Shown here: one piece after another, positions 9,342-21,139 of the stretch | How positions within the stretch are numbered: the stretch's first letter is position 1 | How the letters are laid out: every line of letters starts with the position of its first letter | Assembly: GCA_963771465.1 (NCBI GenBank) | Contig: CAVYTU010000014.1 | Location: 384,001 to 448,000, forward strand | DNA: 64,000 bases | Direction of reading: 5' to 3' | Origin: an uncultured delta proteobacterium | GTDB taxonomy: Bacteria; Desulfobacterota; Binatia; UBA9968 | Position numbers and translations under genes: made by a program | The notes under the pieces: generated by a model | Databases searched by the model: none | What the model saw: only the letters and a program-made list of their open reading frames with translations | What the model was told of the DNA's origin: nothing

Positions 9342-10402
9342 TTATTCTTTCCGACTCAAGCGATATTCTTCGTCGTAGAGATCGATCAGCGCGGCAAGTA
9401 AAGCGAACCAAACGGGACCCAAGATCAATCCGAGCGCGCCGAACACCGCCAAGCCGCCGAGGATGCCGAACAGCAGAAAAATCGTCAGCATTTGCATTCT
9501 TGAACCGATAAAGATTGGCTTCAGAACGTTATCGATCGTCACCACCACACCCAAGCACCAGGCGAGCAAGATAATGCCCCTGACGTTGTTGCCTTGCAAG
9601 AACAGCTAGAGGCAGGCTGGAACGGTCACGAGCGTGGTTCTGCCCAGGGGGATCAGCGCGGCGAACGCCGTCACCACGCCCCAGAGCGCCGAGTAAGGCA
9701 CCCCGGTCAACCAAAAAGCCAATCCCGCGAGAAGTCCCAGGACCCTAGCCACCAGCAAGCAGCGATGCACGACCGCGGTCACGGCATTGACGATATTTTG
9801 AAATAACCCTTCTTGATGTTCACGTTCCATCGGCAAGAGCCGGCGCAGCCGGGCGGTGAATTCAGCGCCATCGCGAAAAACAACGTGACCAATACGATGA
9901 CGAAGTTAACGGTGAAGAGGAGAACGTTTTGCGCCAAGCCTTTCACTTGCGCCACGAGAACAGATGACGAAGCTTGCGCCGCTTGCACGATTAACTCTTT
10001 CCAATTGATTTGAAATCCACCGACCGGAACGACACCATATCCCACCAGCCGATAACCTGGCTCACCCACGGCGTGGCCAGCCACTGCGCCAAACCTTCAC
10101 CGCTCACAAGCGCGCGCACCGACTGCACCGATTCTACCGCTTCATCAGCCAAAACCGCGCCAGCTCGACGCCGGGGACCACGACTAACAGCTCGATCAAG
10201 GCAATGACGATAAAAGCGCCGCCAGCGTCGCGCGCCCGCGTAGGAGCTTGGTCAGCCAGGTATAGAGTGGATAGACGAGGATCGCCAAAATCACCGCCCA
10301 CGTGATCACGGGTAAAAACGGGCTCAGAATCAGAAACGCGCCGTAAAGAATCAGCAGAAAGAGCGCAAAGAAGAAAGCTGGCACGAGCCAGGTTTGGTTC
10401 AC
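9342..10402 (-). pseudogene. AI-2E (PerM) family transporter, fragmented
   Basis: Consecutive hydrophobic fragments in different frames: ILSPFLPVITWAVILAILVYPLY; ALWGVVTAFAALIP; IDNVLKPIFIG...GILGGLAVFGALGLILGP. Confidence 0.85.
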
Positions 10403-10552
10403 CGTCGAACCTCCTTGTCAATTTTTCCACCTCTACGCACAAGGTTTCAGTGCGGCAAGTGCGCCGCCGATTGAGCGATTGCCGACTGCCGACTCGCCAT
10501 AGTATAGATGCGATGAATCTTGCGAGTGAACTGACCCAGCAAGGAATCAGCC

Positions 10553-10867
10553 GTGACGCCTAGGCGAAGTCTCAGGACAATCCTGTTTGTTACTGGAGCC
10601 GGATTGGTTCTTGCCGGCGCGGCATGGAGTGCCGAAAGCGGCATCAGCAAAACTCCAGACGCGACTGGCAAGTTTTGCCACCTCAAGTTCCCGGCGATCC
10701 GCGAGGACACGCTCTACAGCGATCGGCCCATGCTCAAAGACGCCGGCAGCGGCGATATCGTCGACATCTACGCGCCCTGCGATTACGATCCCTTGGGCAA
10801 AGACGAAGTCGCGCGCCAACAAGCGCATCGCCGCCATCTGCGCGATCACCATCTGTACAGCGACTGA
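10553..10867 (+). CDS. Small secreted hypothetical protein (two Cys, His-rich C-terminus)
   Basis: AAGGA upstream, signal peptide ending AWSA, FCHLKFPAIRE...DIYAPCDYDPLG. Confidence 0.7.
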   Translation: MTPRRSLRTILFVTGAGLVLAGAAWSAESGISKTPDATGKFCHLKFPAIREDTLYSDRPMLKDAGSGDIVDIYAPCDYDPLGKDEVARQQAHRRHLRDHHLYSD

Positions 10868-11263
10868 GTGAGCGCGAGAGTCGTCGGTTCTGATTAGCAA
10901 AAATCTAAAATCTCCAAGCGCTGTGATGCCCGGCAAAAACCTCATCGTCGGACGATCCCGACAAATGTGCTGGTGCGAGCGGACGGGTCATCAGATGATA
11001 GTAACGAGTTGGAGAGCTAAAAACGCCCACTCATTCCTCAGCCCTTTATGAGGGGGATAGTAGGAAACATCTTTCTGAGATATGTACACGCAGAAGCTAT
11101 CACAACGAGCCTTCAGGAACGGCCGTTTATTTGTCGGTCATGAGATGGATGCGAAAGCCTTGCAGGGTCGGACACAAAAGTCGGCAACGAGGTTTGTTTA
11201 GAAAGTACCGCTCCCGTATGTTTTCTAGTTCCGGTTTCGCCGGTGGCGCGCCCAGTCGAAGCA

Positions 11264-11287
11264 CCACTTAAAGCATGCGGGAATGAC
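11264..11287. repeat. GTCATTCC(C)G...GGGAAT-type REP-like element (related copy at 53569-53592)
   Basis: Minus strand GTCATTCCCGCATGCTTTAAGTGG; the second copy reads GTCATTCCGTGAAAAGGGAATCCA. Confidence 0.5.
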
Positions 11288-11314
11288 GGACTTAACGCGG
11301 CGAGTAAACGAAAC

Positions 11315-14257
11315 ATGAACCTTCGTGACATGCCTTTGATTCGCTATTTCGGCGGCGGGCGCGCGCGCGGCCGGTTGATGCGCGAGTACTTTTTGATCTC
11401 GGTGCTGCTCGTCGGCGGTGGCCTGATCGCCAGCGGCGCCATCGAAATCTACTACAGCTTCCAGGAGAGCCAGGAGCACTTGGCCGACGTGCAGCGCGAA
11501 GTCGCCACCGGCGCGGCGATTAAAATCGAGCGGTTTGTGCATGAGATCCACAACACGCTCAAAGGCGCGACGCGCAGCCGCGAGATCGCACCGAAAGGAT
11601 TGACCGACGAGTTCCGTTTTGAACTGGAAAAGCTCTTATTAATCGCGCCGGCGATTACCGAGGCCGTGGCGCTCGACCGCGACGGCGCCATCCAGGTCCA
11701 GGCCTCGCGTCTGCGTACCGTGCTGCCCGACGCGAAAAAAGAAGCTGCCAGCGCCGGCGCTTTTCAAACCGCCAAGGGCGGTAAATCTTTTTTCGGCCAA
11801 GCCTATTTCGTGCGCGGCTCGGAACCTTACATGACGGTCGCCGTGCCGATTGAACGCTTCGCCGGCGACGTGATCGGCGTGCTCCAGGCCGAGGTCAATC
11901 TCAAGTACATCGGCGACGTGGTCAATAATCTAACCATCGGCAAAGCCGGCTATGCCTACGTCATCAGCAAGAGCGGCGAGCTCATCGCTCATCCGGACAT
12001 CAGTCTGGTGTTGCAGCGAAAAAACGTCTTGCAGCTGGAATCGACTCAAGTGGCCTTCGGCACAACCGGCACGACACAACAACAGCAACGGGCCCTGGTC
12101 ACACCGAATATTCAGGGCAAAAAGGTTTTGAGCGCGTCGGCGATCATTCCCGGCTTCGATTGGGCGATCATCATCGAGCGGCCGGTGGAGGAAGCCTACG
12201 AGCCGGTTTATGCCTCGATCGTGCGCACGGCGACACTACTCCTGCTGGGTCTCGGCTTGGCGTTGATCGCGAGCTTGTTCTTGGCGCGCCGCGTCATCCG
12301 TCCCGTGGGTATCTTGCGCCAAGGCGTCGAGCGCATCGGCGCCGGCGAACTGAGTCATCGCCTGGAGCTCAAGACCGGCGACGAGATCGAAGTACTGGCC
12401 GATGAGTTTAATAAAATGACCGCGCAGCTCGAAGAGTCCTATTCGAACCTGGAGCAAAAAGTCGAAGACCGCACCCAAGAATTGACGGAATCTCTCGCCC
12501 AGCAGACGGCCACCAGCGAGGTGTTGCGCGTGATCAGCAGCTCGCCGACCGACGTTCAACCCGTCTTCGATACGATCCTAACCGATGCTTTGCGGATCTG
12601 TGAATCCCACTACGGAGCGATCTTCCGCTTCGACGGCGCAGTCTTTCATCTTGCCGCAACCGCAAACGTTACGCCGGAACTACTGGCGCATTTGACCAGC
12701 AGTCCGATCAAACCCGGACGACAGAGCGCCTTGCGGCGCGTCGGCTTGGAACACCAGCCGGTGCACATCGCTGACGTGCTCGCCGATCCCGAGTGCGAGC
12801 TTCCCGAAGCCTACCGCAAGGAAGGCCTGCGCAGCGTCTTAGCGGTGCCGTTGCTCCGGGAGAATACGCTCATCGGCGCAATAACCATTCACCGTCGCGA
12901 CGTCAGGCCTTTCAGCGAAAAGCAGATCGCCCTACTAAAAACCTTCGCCGACCAGGCGGTGATTGCGATCGAAAACGTGCGCTTGTTCCAAGAACTTGAA
13001 TCCAGAAATCGCGAAATCACCGAAGCGCTGGAGCAACAAACCGCAACCAGCCAAGTATTAGGTGTCATCAGCAGCTCACCGAGGGATTTGAAACCGGTTT
13101 TCGAATCTATTCTCGCCAACGCAGCGCGGCTCGGCAGCTCCGACTACGGGGTCATTTTTAGATTTGACGGCGCGCTATTTAGTCTGGCAGCGGCCCACAA
13201 TCCTTCGCCGCAGCTCATGACATTGGCAGATCGAACCTTTCCGCCGCAACGAACCACGGCAATCGGCCGCGTCGGTTTGGAGCGGAAGGTCATCCATATT
13301 CCCGATGTGAGTGTCGATCCGGAATGGCAACCCCCGGAAGAGTACCGCGCGGAGGGAATAAAAACCGTTCTCGCCGTCCCCATGCTTAAGGAAAACACTT
13401 TGGTCGGCGTCATCGCGGTCTACCGTCGCGAAGTCCGGGCATTCACCGAGAGCCAAATCGCCCTGCTGCGGACCTTCGCCGACCAGGCGGTCATCGCCAT
13501 CGAGAACGTCCGCTTGTTCCGCGAGTTGGAAGAAAAAAATCTCCAGTTGGAAATGGCGAGCAAGCACAAGTCGCAGTTCCTCGCCAACGTCAGCCACGAG
13601 CTGCGTACGCCGTTAAATTCTATCATCGGCTTTACTCGGATCGTGCTGCGCCGCAGTGAAGGCAAGCTCGAAACCTTGCAGAAAGAAAACCTGCAAAAAG
13701 TTTTGATCAGCTCCGAGCATCTGCTGGCCTTGATCAACGAGCTGCTCGATCTCGCCAAGATCGAGTCCGGCCGCATGGAAGCATACGTCGAAACGTTCAA
13801 GCTCGACGACATTCTCCGCGTCGCCACCACCACGGTGGAACCGCTTTTGAAAACTGGCCGGGTAACACTGCTGACTGAAATCGCGCCGGATATTCCGCCG
13901 CTCAAAACCGATCGCGACAAGTTGAAACAGTCGGTGCTCAATCTGCTCAGTAACGCGGCGAAGTTTACCGAGCGAGGTGAGATCAAAGTCGCCGCCTGGC
14001 GTGACGACGGGCTGTTGAAGCTCACGGTTTCCGATACCGGCATCGGCATGAAGCAAGAAGCCTTGCAATACATCTTCGACGAGTTCCGCCAAGCCGACAT
14101 GTCGAGCACGCGCAAATACGGCGGCACCGGCTTGGGACTGGCCATCGTGAAAAAATTTATCAATCTAATGGGCGGCGACATCGTCGTCGAAAGCCAAGTC
14201 GGCCAAGGCTCCAAGTTCACCATCACTCTGCCGATGGAGCTGAGACCGGGAGCGTAA
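11315..14257 (+). CDS. Sensor histidine kinase: TM-dCache-TM-HAMP-GAF-GAF-HisKA-HATPase
   Basis: YAYVISKSGELIAHPD (Cache), GDEIEVLADEFNKM (HAMP), two FADQAVIAIENVRLF GAF ends, SHELRTPL, GGTGLGL. Start taken at ATG 11315 because the upstream part overlaps a REP-like repeat. Confidence 0.93.
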   Translation: MNLRDMPLIRYFGGGRARGRLMREYFLISVLLVGGGLIASGAIEIYYSFQESQEHLADVQREVATGAAIKIERFVHEIHNTLKGATRSREIAPKGLTDEFRFELEKLLLIAPAITEAVALDRDGAIQVQASRLRTVLPDAKKEAASAGAFQTAKGGKSFFGQAYFVRGSEPYMTVAVPIERFAGDVIGVLQAEVNLKYIGDVVNNLTIGKAGYAYVISKSGELIAHPDISLVLQRKNVLQLESTQVAFGTTGTTQQQQRALVTPNIQGKKVLSASAIIPGFDWAIIIERPVEEAYEPVYASIVRTATLLLLGLGLALIASLFLARRVIRPVGILRQGVERIGAGELSHRLELKTGDEIEVLADEFNKMTAQLEESYSNLEQKVEDRTQELTESLAQQTATSEVLRVISSSPTDVQPVFDTILTDALRICESHYGAIFRFDGAVFHLAATANVTPELLAHLTSSPIKPGRQSALRRVGLEHQPVHIADVLADPECELPEAYRKEGLRSVLAVPLLRENTLIGAITIHRRDVRPFSEKQIALLKTFADQAVIAIENVRLFQELESRNREITEALEQQTATSQVLGVISSSPRDLKPVFESILANAARLGSSDYGVIFRFDGALFSLAAAHNPSPQLMTLADRTFPPQRTTAIGRVGLERKVIHIPDVSVDPEWQPPEEYRAEGIKTVLAVPMLKENTLVGVIAVYRREVRAFTESQIALLRTFADQAVIAIENVRLFRELEEKNLQLEMASKHKSQFLANVSHELRTPLNSIIGFTRIVLRRSEGKLETLQKENLQKVLISSEHLLALINELLDLAKIESGRMEAYVETFKLDDILRVATTTVEPLLKTGRVTLLTEIAPDIPPLKTDRDKLKQSVLNLLSNAAKFTERGEIKVAAWRDDGLLKLTVSDTGIGMKQEALQYIFDEFRQADMSSTRKYGGTGLGLAIVKKFINLMGGDIVVESQVGQGSKFTITLPMELRPGA

Positions 14258-14322
14258 TCCGCAAAAGGTGAACGGCAAGGGGTTGGCGGTTATCCTTAAC
14301 CCCGCCGCTGAAAGGAAAAACT

Positions 14323-14688
14323 ATGGCGAAAAAAACCATACTCGTCGTCGACGACACCGACTGGAATCGCGACTTGCTGGTGCAGCTCTTGGAGGAAGAC
14401 TACACGATCTTGCAAGCGGTCGACGGTGCTGACGGCGTGCGCATGGCCGAAGAGCACAAACCCGACCTGATCCTCATGGACTTGGGCATGCCGATCATGG
14501 ACGGCTGGGAAGCGACGCGCACGATCAAGGCGAACGACGCGCTTAAAAATATCCCGATCATCGCCGTCACCTCCCACGCCATGGTCGGTGACGAGATAGA
14601 TGCGCGCAAAGCCGGCTGCGACGATTACCTATCCAAGCCCATCGACGACGAAGCGCTGATACAAAAAATCAAGCGCTTCATCGGTTAA
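14323..14688 (+). CDS. Single-domain response regulator (DivK-like)
   Basis: ILVVDD, PDLILMDLGMPIMDG, IIAVT, SKP. Confidence 0.93.
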   Translation: MAKKTILVVDDTDWNRDLLVQLLEEDYTILQAVDGADGVRMAEEHKPDLILMDLGMPIMDGWEATRTIKANDALKNIPIIAVTSHAMVGDEIDARKAGCDDYLSKPIDDEALIQKIKRFIG

Positions 14689-14806
14689 ACTGGGATTTTC
14701 GATGCCCGATTTTTGCAACGAAATGAAAATCATTTTTCGGGCTCAATTTTCCAGTTCCTGTTTCGACAACCCAGAATCGAATATTCTCAATGATCCTAGG
14801 TGACCT

Positions 14807-15889
<1,083 letters not shown>

Positions 15890-16068
15890 TCACCGAAGCG
15901 ATAAGTTTCTTCACAGCGGGCACAAAGGTCGCGGAGATATTTCAAATTTTCTTTCTTGCGTTCTCAGCGCCTCAACGGTGAGTTTTCTTGGTCGTCGATA
16001 GCGCTTGAAAGCCCGCTGGAAAGTCTGCCCAAGATGAAAAGTTTGCGCTATAGTAGCCCTACCGAACC

Positions 16069-16995
16069 ATGAAGCAGCGCGAAGCCACACCGGTCGATAA
16101 GTCCATCCGCGTGCGTTTTTGGGGCGTGCGCGGCAGTTATCCGACCACTGACCGGAGCAGCCGCGCCTTTGGCGGCAACACGTCTTGTGTGGAGGTTACG
16201 GCTGGCGGCCAACGTCTCATCTTCGACGCCGGCACCGGGATCATTGCGCTGGGCAAGGAGATCTGTAATGGCGCAAGCGCGCGTCCGGCCGCCTACGTGT
16301 TCTTGAGCCACACCCATATCGACCATGTGATGGGACTATGTTTTTTTGAACCGTTGCTCACGTCTGACGCCCGTTCATTCATCTACGGTCCGGGCAACTC
16401 CCATCGGGCGCTAAGCCGAAGCTTGCAACAGTTGACGCACAGCGACCTGTTCCCGGTATCCTTCGATGAGCTTAAAGGGAAAAAGGAAGTCCACTCGCTG
16501 ATCGGCGGTGAATCGATTCGTTTTCGTGGGCCCGGCAAACGACCCTTCGTCGAAAAGCATTCCACGCCGGCGCAACCTGGCGCCAGTGAGCTCACGGTCG
16601 TCGCCCATAAGAGCCCCGCCCACCCGCGCTTCGGCGTGATGCTTTACCGGGTCAACTATCATGGCAAGAGCGTGGTCTACGCCACCGACATCGAAGAGCA
16701 GGAAGGCGGCTATCCCGACGTGATTGAATTCGCCCGCGGTGCCGACCTGCTGATTCACGACGCGCAGTATCTGCAAGACGAGTACGTTTCGACTTCGAAA
16801 CCAAAAAAAGGTTGGGGCCACAGCACCATCGAAATGGCCACCGCCGTGGCCCAAAAAGCCGACGTCAAGCGGCTCGTGTTATTTCACCATGAGCCGCTTC
16901 ACGACGACCGCGCCATGGGCAAAATCGAGCAGCGTGCCAAGAGCCTCTTCCCATCAACAATCACCGCGCGCGAGCAGCGCGAGCTAAAATTGTAG
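16069..16995 (+). CDS. MBL-fold metallohydrolase (candidate cyclic-nucleotide phosphodiesterase)
   Basis: FWGVRGS, GGNTSC, SHTHIDH (HxHxDH), HDAQY, GHST, FHHEP. Confidence 0.85.
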   Translation: MKQREATPVDKSIRVRFWGVRGSYPTTDRSSRAFGGNTSCVEVTAGGQRLIFDAGTGIIALGKEICNGASARPAAYVFLSHTHIDHVMGLCFFEPLLTSDARSFIYGPGNSHRALSRSLQQLTHSDLFPVSFDELKGKKEVHSLIGGESIRFRGPGKRPFVEKHSTPAQPGASELTVVAHKSPAHPRFGVMLYRVNYHGKSVVYATDIEEQEGGYPDVIEFARGADLLIHDAQYLQDEYVSTSKPKKGWGHSTIEMATAVAQKADVKRLVLFHHEPLHDDRAMGKIEQRAKSLFPSTITAREQRELKL

Positions 16996-17025
16996 CAACC
17001 GCATGGGCAGAGCTTTGAGTCTATC

Positions 17026-17988
17026 GTGAAATTTTTTCTGGCAACTTTTCTCTTCCTCATCGCCGCGACGGCGCGAGCCCAGACGCCGATTCTCCGCGTG
17101 GCCATCTTGGTGCAGGAGATGGGCCGGGCGCAGTCCCAGGCTTTCAAAGGCGTGAGCGCTGAGCTTTCCCGACTCGGCTACCGCGAGCGCAATAACATCA
17201 AGTTTGAAATCCACGATGCCAGGGGCGACCGTAGCGCCCTGCAAGGGGCGGCCAAGGAACTGGCGGTAAAAAAAGTCGCGGTGATTTTCACCGCCGGCAC
17301 GCGGGCAACTTTAGCCGCCACCGCGGCGACCCGCGATATACCTGTGGTGTTTGTGCATCCCGGCGATCCCCAGACCGCACGCCTGATGGTTGGCTCGGGC
17401 ACCGCGGCGGAAAATCTCACCGGCGTGGCCGCCTACGCGGCGGAGACCACTGAGAAGCGGCTGGCGTTATTCAAACAAATTTTGCCCGCGCTGACGAAAA
17501 TTTATGTGTTCTATGACGCCAACAACAATTTCTCCCGAAAAAACGTTGCTCTGGTCATAGCGGCGGCGAAAAAGTTGGACCTGGCGCTTGACGCCCAGGC
17601 GATAAAGTCGACCGATGAGTTGAAGACGACTTTGGGCAATTTGCGCGCTGAACCTCGGGCGGCGATTTTTCAGATCACCGACGATCTAATCGAGAACGAA
17701 GCGGAGTTTGTTTTTGCCACGGCGCGGCAGAAGAAGATTCCGACGATGTTTAACGAAGAGTCGTGGGCGATCGGCGGCGCGACCGCGGCTTATGGCCCGA
17801 GTTATTTCGAAATGGGCCGCTTGGCCGGCCAGAGCATCGATCAGATCATCAAAGGCAAAGCGCCATCGACGCTGCCGATCCTGCGCGCGACCCAATTCGA
17901 TCTGACGTTGAACTACCGGGCCGCCACCTACATTGGTTTGCAACTGCCCAAAGATCTGCTGAAGCAAGCGAACAAGATCATTCGTTAG
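17026..17988 (+). CDS. ABC_sub_bind-type solute-binding protein, orphan
   Basis: Signal peptide; ATRDIPVVF, NLTGV, GATAAYGPSYFEMGRLA, IIKGKAPSTLPI. Confidence 0.85.
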   Translation: MKFFLATFLFLIAATARAQTPILRVAILVQEMGRAQSQAFKGVSAELSRLGYRERNNIKFEIHDARGDRSALQGAAKELAVKKVAVIFTAGTRATLAATAATRDIPVVFVHPGDPQTARLMVGSGTAAENLTGVAAYAAETTEKRLALFKQILPALTKIYVFYDANNNFSRKNVALVIAAAKKLDLALDAQAIKSTDELKTTLGNLRAEPRAAIFQITDDLIENEAEFVFATARQKKIPTMFNEESWAIGGATAAYGPSYFEMGRLAGQSIDQIIKGKAPSTLPILRATQFDLTLNYRAATYIGLQLPKDLLKQANKIIR

Positions 17989-18122
17989 CTGGTATAATGT
18001 CGGACGCTAACCCACACATGACGCAATAGACGCGCAATCGATCTTGGTCTTTGATCGTGGTCGCAGTACAGCGACGTCGCATGCGGAAATTACAGACTCC
18101 TAACTGAAGCGAAATTTTACCC

Positions 18123-20786
18123 ATGGAACCCCAAGCCGACCTCATCCGCAGCATTCCGATCTTCTCCGCACTGTCGCGCGAGGATGTCGCCAAGGTGCTG
18201 GGTAAGATGGAAGAGATTACTTTTAGCACCGGCGCGACGATTTTTAGTCAGGGCGATCACGGCGACGCCTTTTACTTGATTCAATCCGGCGCGGTGCAAG
18301 TGGTCGTCGAAAGCGGCGCGGGCAACGCCGAGGTCGTCGCCATTCTCGGCGCCAAGGATTGGTTTGGCGAGATGGCACTGCTTTCCGGCGAGCCCCGTTC
18401 GGCGACCATTAACACGGTGAAAGAAACCACACTGTGGCGGCTCAGCCGCGAAGCTTGGGATGAACTGATCGATAAACATCCCACTTGGCTGCTCCAGTTC
18501 TGCGCGACCCTTAGCAAACGGCTCTCCTACGTCGACCGGCAATATTCAACCGGACGGGAAGCTTTTAATTCTCTCGCCGAGGAGTTTTACGGCTCGCGCA
18601 CGCCCGGCGAACGGCAATTTTTCCGCCACGCCTCACTGCTCGGCGCCATCGATGCGCAGAATTTCGATCGACTCTTTCGCACCGACGGGCTGACTCAATT
18701 GATTACCGATCTTGGCAATAGTCAGTTTCCGCTGATTCGCCATCTCGGTGACGGCAAGTACGAGCTGCATAGCTTCTTTAAGGATTTCTTGCGCGAAAAA
18801 CTAAATTCCATCGACGGCGCCGAAGCGATGCAGCGGCTCCATGCCGATTTTGCCGAGCGCTACGAAGCTCTCGGCGATTGGCCGCAAGCGTTGCATCACG
18901 CCGTGCACGGCCAAGATTGGTCGACCGTGACCCGTCAATTGACCGCGCAAGGTGAGCACCTGCTTGCCGACGCGCCGCTGTTGGTAAAGAACACGCTGGA
19001 GAGCGTTCCCCAAGAGCAACTCTTGAGCAGCCCCCGCTTGGTCAACTTGAAAAGCAACGTCTTGATCCAGCTCGGCGATATCGCCGGCGCCTATCGAACC
19101 TATCATCAGTTGTTGACGCAAAAGACCGCGGGAGCAATGGGCATGGATACCATTGTCGGCTATCGGCGCATGGCGGAAACTTTGGCGCAGCGAAAAGAAT
19201 ACGCCCAAGCCATCCATCAATTACGCGCCGCACTCAACGTGTTGGACCAAGATAACGCCATGACAGGAGATTTCTCTGAAGTTCCAACGGATATACCGCG
19301 GCTGCAGCCGACGGATGCGACGGCGCATGAGCAGCAGCGCGCCGACCGATCGGCCAACCGTTTGCGAACAACCATCGCTGCGCTGCGCTCGTCGGCGCTG
19401 TCAAAATGGTTCGGCGCGCTGGCCGGACTCGCGGCAGGCAGTTATCTCTGGTTCGGACAGCCCGACATCGGCCTCGATACGGCGGCGACGAAATTGCTCG
19501 GATTGATTACGGCAACCTTAACTTTTTGGGTCTTTCGTTCGCTGCCGGATTACGGCGTCGCGTTGATGTTCGCGATGATCATTGTCCTTACCAATTTGGA
19601 ATCGGCGCAAACGGTCATGGGCGGGTTCGCCAGCACGACATGGTTTATGACGCTTGGTGTCTTGGGCCTCGGTGCGGCAATCACCGGCTCGGGTTTATTT
19701 TACCGGTTGTCACTCCACTTGGTGCGCCTGTTTCCGCTGAGCTTTTACTGGCAGATCATCGCCACGGGTATCATGGGTGTCGTCGTCATGGCACTGATTC
19801 CGCAGCAGACCGCCCGCACGGTCATCACCAGCCAGATGCTGATTAATCTTTCCGAGAGCTTGGGTTACAAGACGCCGTCAAAGGCGTCCACCGGGCTATT
19901 CACGGCGAGTTTTCTCGGCTTGGGGCAGCTCGGTTTTTTGTTTCTGACCGGCTCGACGACGAGCTTGATCGCTTGGGGTCTGCTGCCGACAGATGTGCGG
20001 GAGCAGTTTACCTGGGGCTATTGGTTTCTCGCCGCGCTGCCGCCGACGCTGGTGGTCATCGTTATCATCCTAGGGAGCTCGATCATTCTCTTTCGGCCCG
20101 AATCGCAACCGAAGATTTCCTACACCATGGTGCAGACGCAATTAGAAATTTTGGGGCCGCTCTCGTCTAAAGAATGGATTAGCCTCGCGGTCCTTTGTTT
20201 CACGGTGGGTGGCTGGCTCACGACAGCGCATCACGGCATCGACAGCGCCTGGATCGCCATCATCGCGTTTTCGGTTTTGGTCAACACCGGCATTCTTGAC
20301 TGGAGTATGATGCGCAAGGGCATCGACTGGGAATTACTAATTCACATGGGCGTGACTCTAAGCATCCCGACGCTGTTGAAAGCGGCAAAGATCGATCAGT
20401 GGCTGGTCGACGTGATTTCACCGTTGATTCTGCCGTTCATGGACACCCCGGCATGGTTTTTCATCATCATCGCGCTGTTGACCTATGCGCTGAAATTAGT
20501 TTTCACCAGCTTCCTGGCCGTGGTCACGCTCTGCGTCGCGTTGCTGCCGTTGTCGATCGACGTTGGTATGAATCCATGGATTATCGCCATGATCATTCTC
20601 ATCGCCTCGGAAGTTTGGTTTTTTCCCTACCAGGTCGACTGGCACATGCTCGCCTACTCCACCACCGACGGCAAAGGATTTTTTTACCCGCTCATGTGCC
20701 GGGTAAATCCCATTTATGCCGTAGCCTACATCGCCGCGCTCGTTGCCGCGATTCCATACTGGCGTTATCTCGGTTTGATGAATTGA
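18123..20786 (+). CDS. cNMP-binding domain + MalT-like winged-helix/arm/TPR region + SLC13/DASS anion permease
   Basis: FGEMALLSGEPRSAT phosphate-binding cassette; KYELHSFFKDFLREKL...LHADFAERYEALGDWPQALHHA; C-terminal multi-TM region with GSGLFYRLSL, LIPQQTART, FLTGS, TWGYWFLAALPP, LGPLSSKEW. Confidence 0.85.
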   Translation: MEPQADLIRSIPIFSALSREDVAKVLGKMEEITFSTGATIFSQGDHGDAFYLIQSGAVQVVVESGAGNAEVVAILGAKDWFGEMALLSGEPRSATINTVKETTLWRLSREAWDELIDKHPTWLLQFCATLSKRLSYVDRQYSTGREAFNSLAEEFYGSRTPGERQFFRHASLLGAIDAQNFDRLFRTDGLTQLITDLGNSQFPLIRHLGDGKYELHSFFKDFLREKLNSIDGAEAMQRLHADFAERYEALGDWPQALHHAVHGQDWSTVTRQLTAQGEHLLADAPLLVKNTLESVPQEQLLSSPRLVNLKSNVLIQLGDIAGAYRTYHQLLTQKTAGAMGMDTIVGYRRMAETLAQRKEYAQAIHQLRAALNVLDQDNAMTGDFSEVPTDIPRLQPTDATAHEQQRADRSANRLRTTIAALRSSALSKWFGALAGLAAGSYLWFGQPDIGLDTAATKLLGLITATLTFWVFRSLPDYGVALMFAMIIVLTNLESAQTVMGGFASTTWFMTLGVLGLGAAITGSGLFYRLSLHLVRLFPLSFYWQIIATGIMGVVVMALIPQQTARTVITSQMLINLSESLGYKTPSKASTGLFTASFLGLGQLGFLFLTGSTTSLIAWGLLPTDVREQFTWGYWFLAALPPTLVVIVIILGSSIILFRPESQPKISYTMVQTQLEILGPLSSKEWISLAVLCFTVGGWLTTAHHGIDSAWIAIIAFSVLVNTGILDWSMMRKGIDWELLIHMGVTLSIPTLLKAAKIDQWLVDVISPLILPFMDTPAWFFIIIALLTYALKLVFTSFLAVVTLCVALLPLSIDVGMNPWIIAMIILIASEVWFFPYQVDWHMLAYSTTDGKGFFYPLMCRVNPIYAVAYIAALVAAIPYWRYLGLMN

Positions 20787-21109
20787 CAACCGTTCGCTGC
20801 GTTCTCGGCGATCTCGTCCGAATCTCGTTATCAACCCTTGTCATAATCGTGACGACAGTTGCAGACCGCAGCAATCCCGTCGTCCGTGCGATTTTCAGTG
20901 GGAAAATTCACTGGGCACGGAGAAATTCAAGCGCATCCAGATCATCAACACCACCTCGTCGTCAATTTTAGAGAACTGAGCAGTAATAAAACGTCCTGAT
21001 AAATGGTCTTTGCGTTTGTTATCCCTACAACTCTTTGCTTGAGCTTCGATTCAACCTATTGAGTTTTACTTAGCGTGAGTAAAATAATTTCTAAAATGAT
21101 ATTTTTTTC

Positions 21110-21139
21110 TTGACATACCATTTGTTGTGCCTTAATAAT
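21110..21139 (+). promoter_or_regulatory. sigma70-type promoter with AT-rich UP region
   Basis: TTGACA at 21110-15, TAATAAT at 21133-39, A/T tracts at 21081-21109. Confidence 0.65.

Noticed and set aside
11145-11195. Possible c-di-GMP riboswitch upstream of the kinase
   Set aside because: Only a loose GCGAAAGCC resemblance; no GGCAAACC/GNRA arm.
12950-13520. Direct DNA repeat in the kinase gene
   Set aside because: Ordinary tandem GAF-domain duplication.
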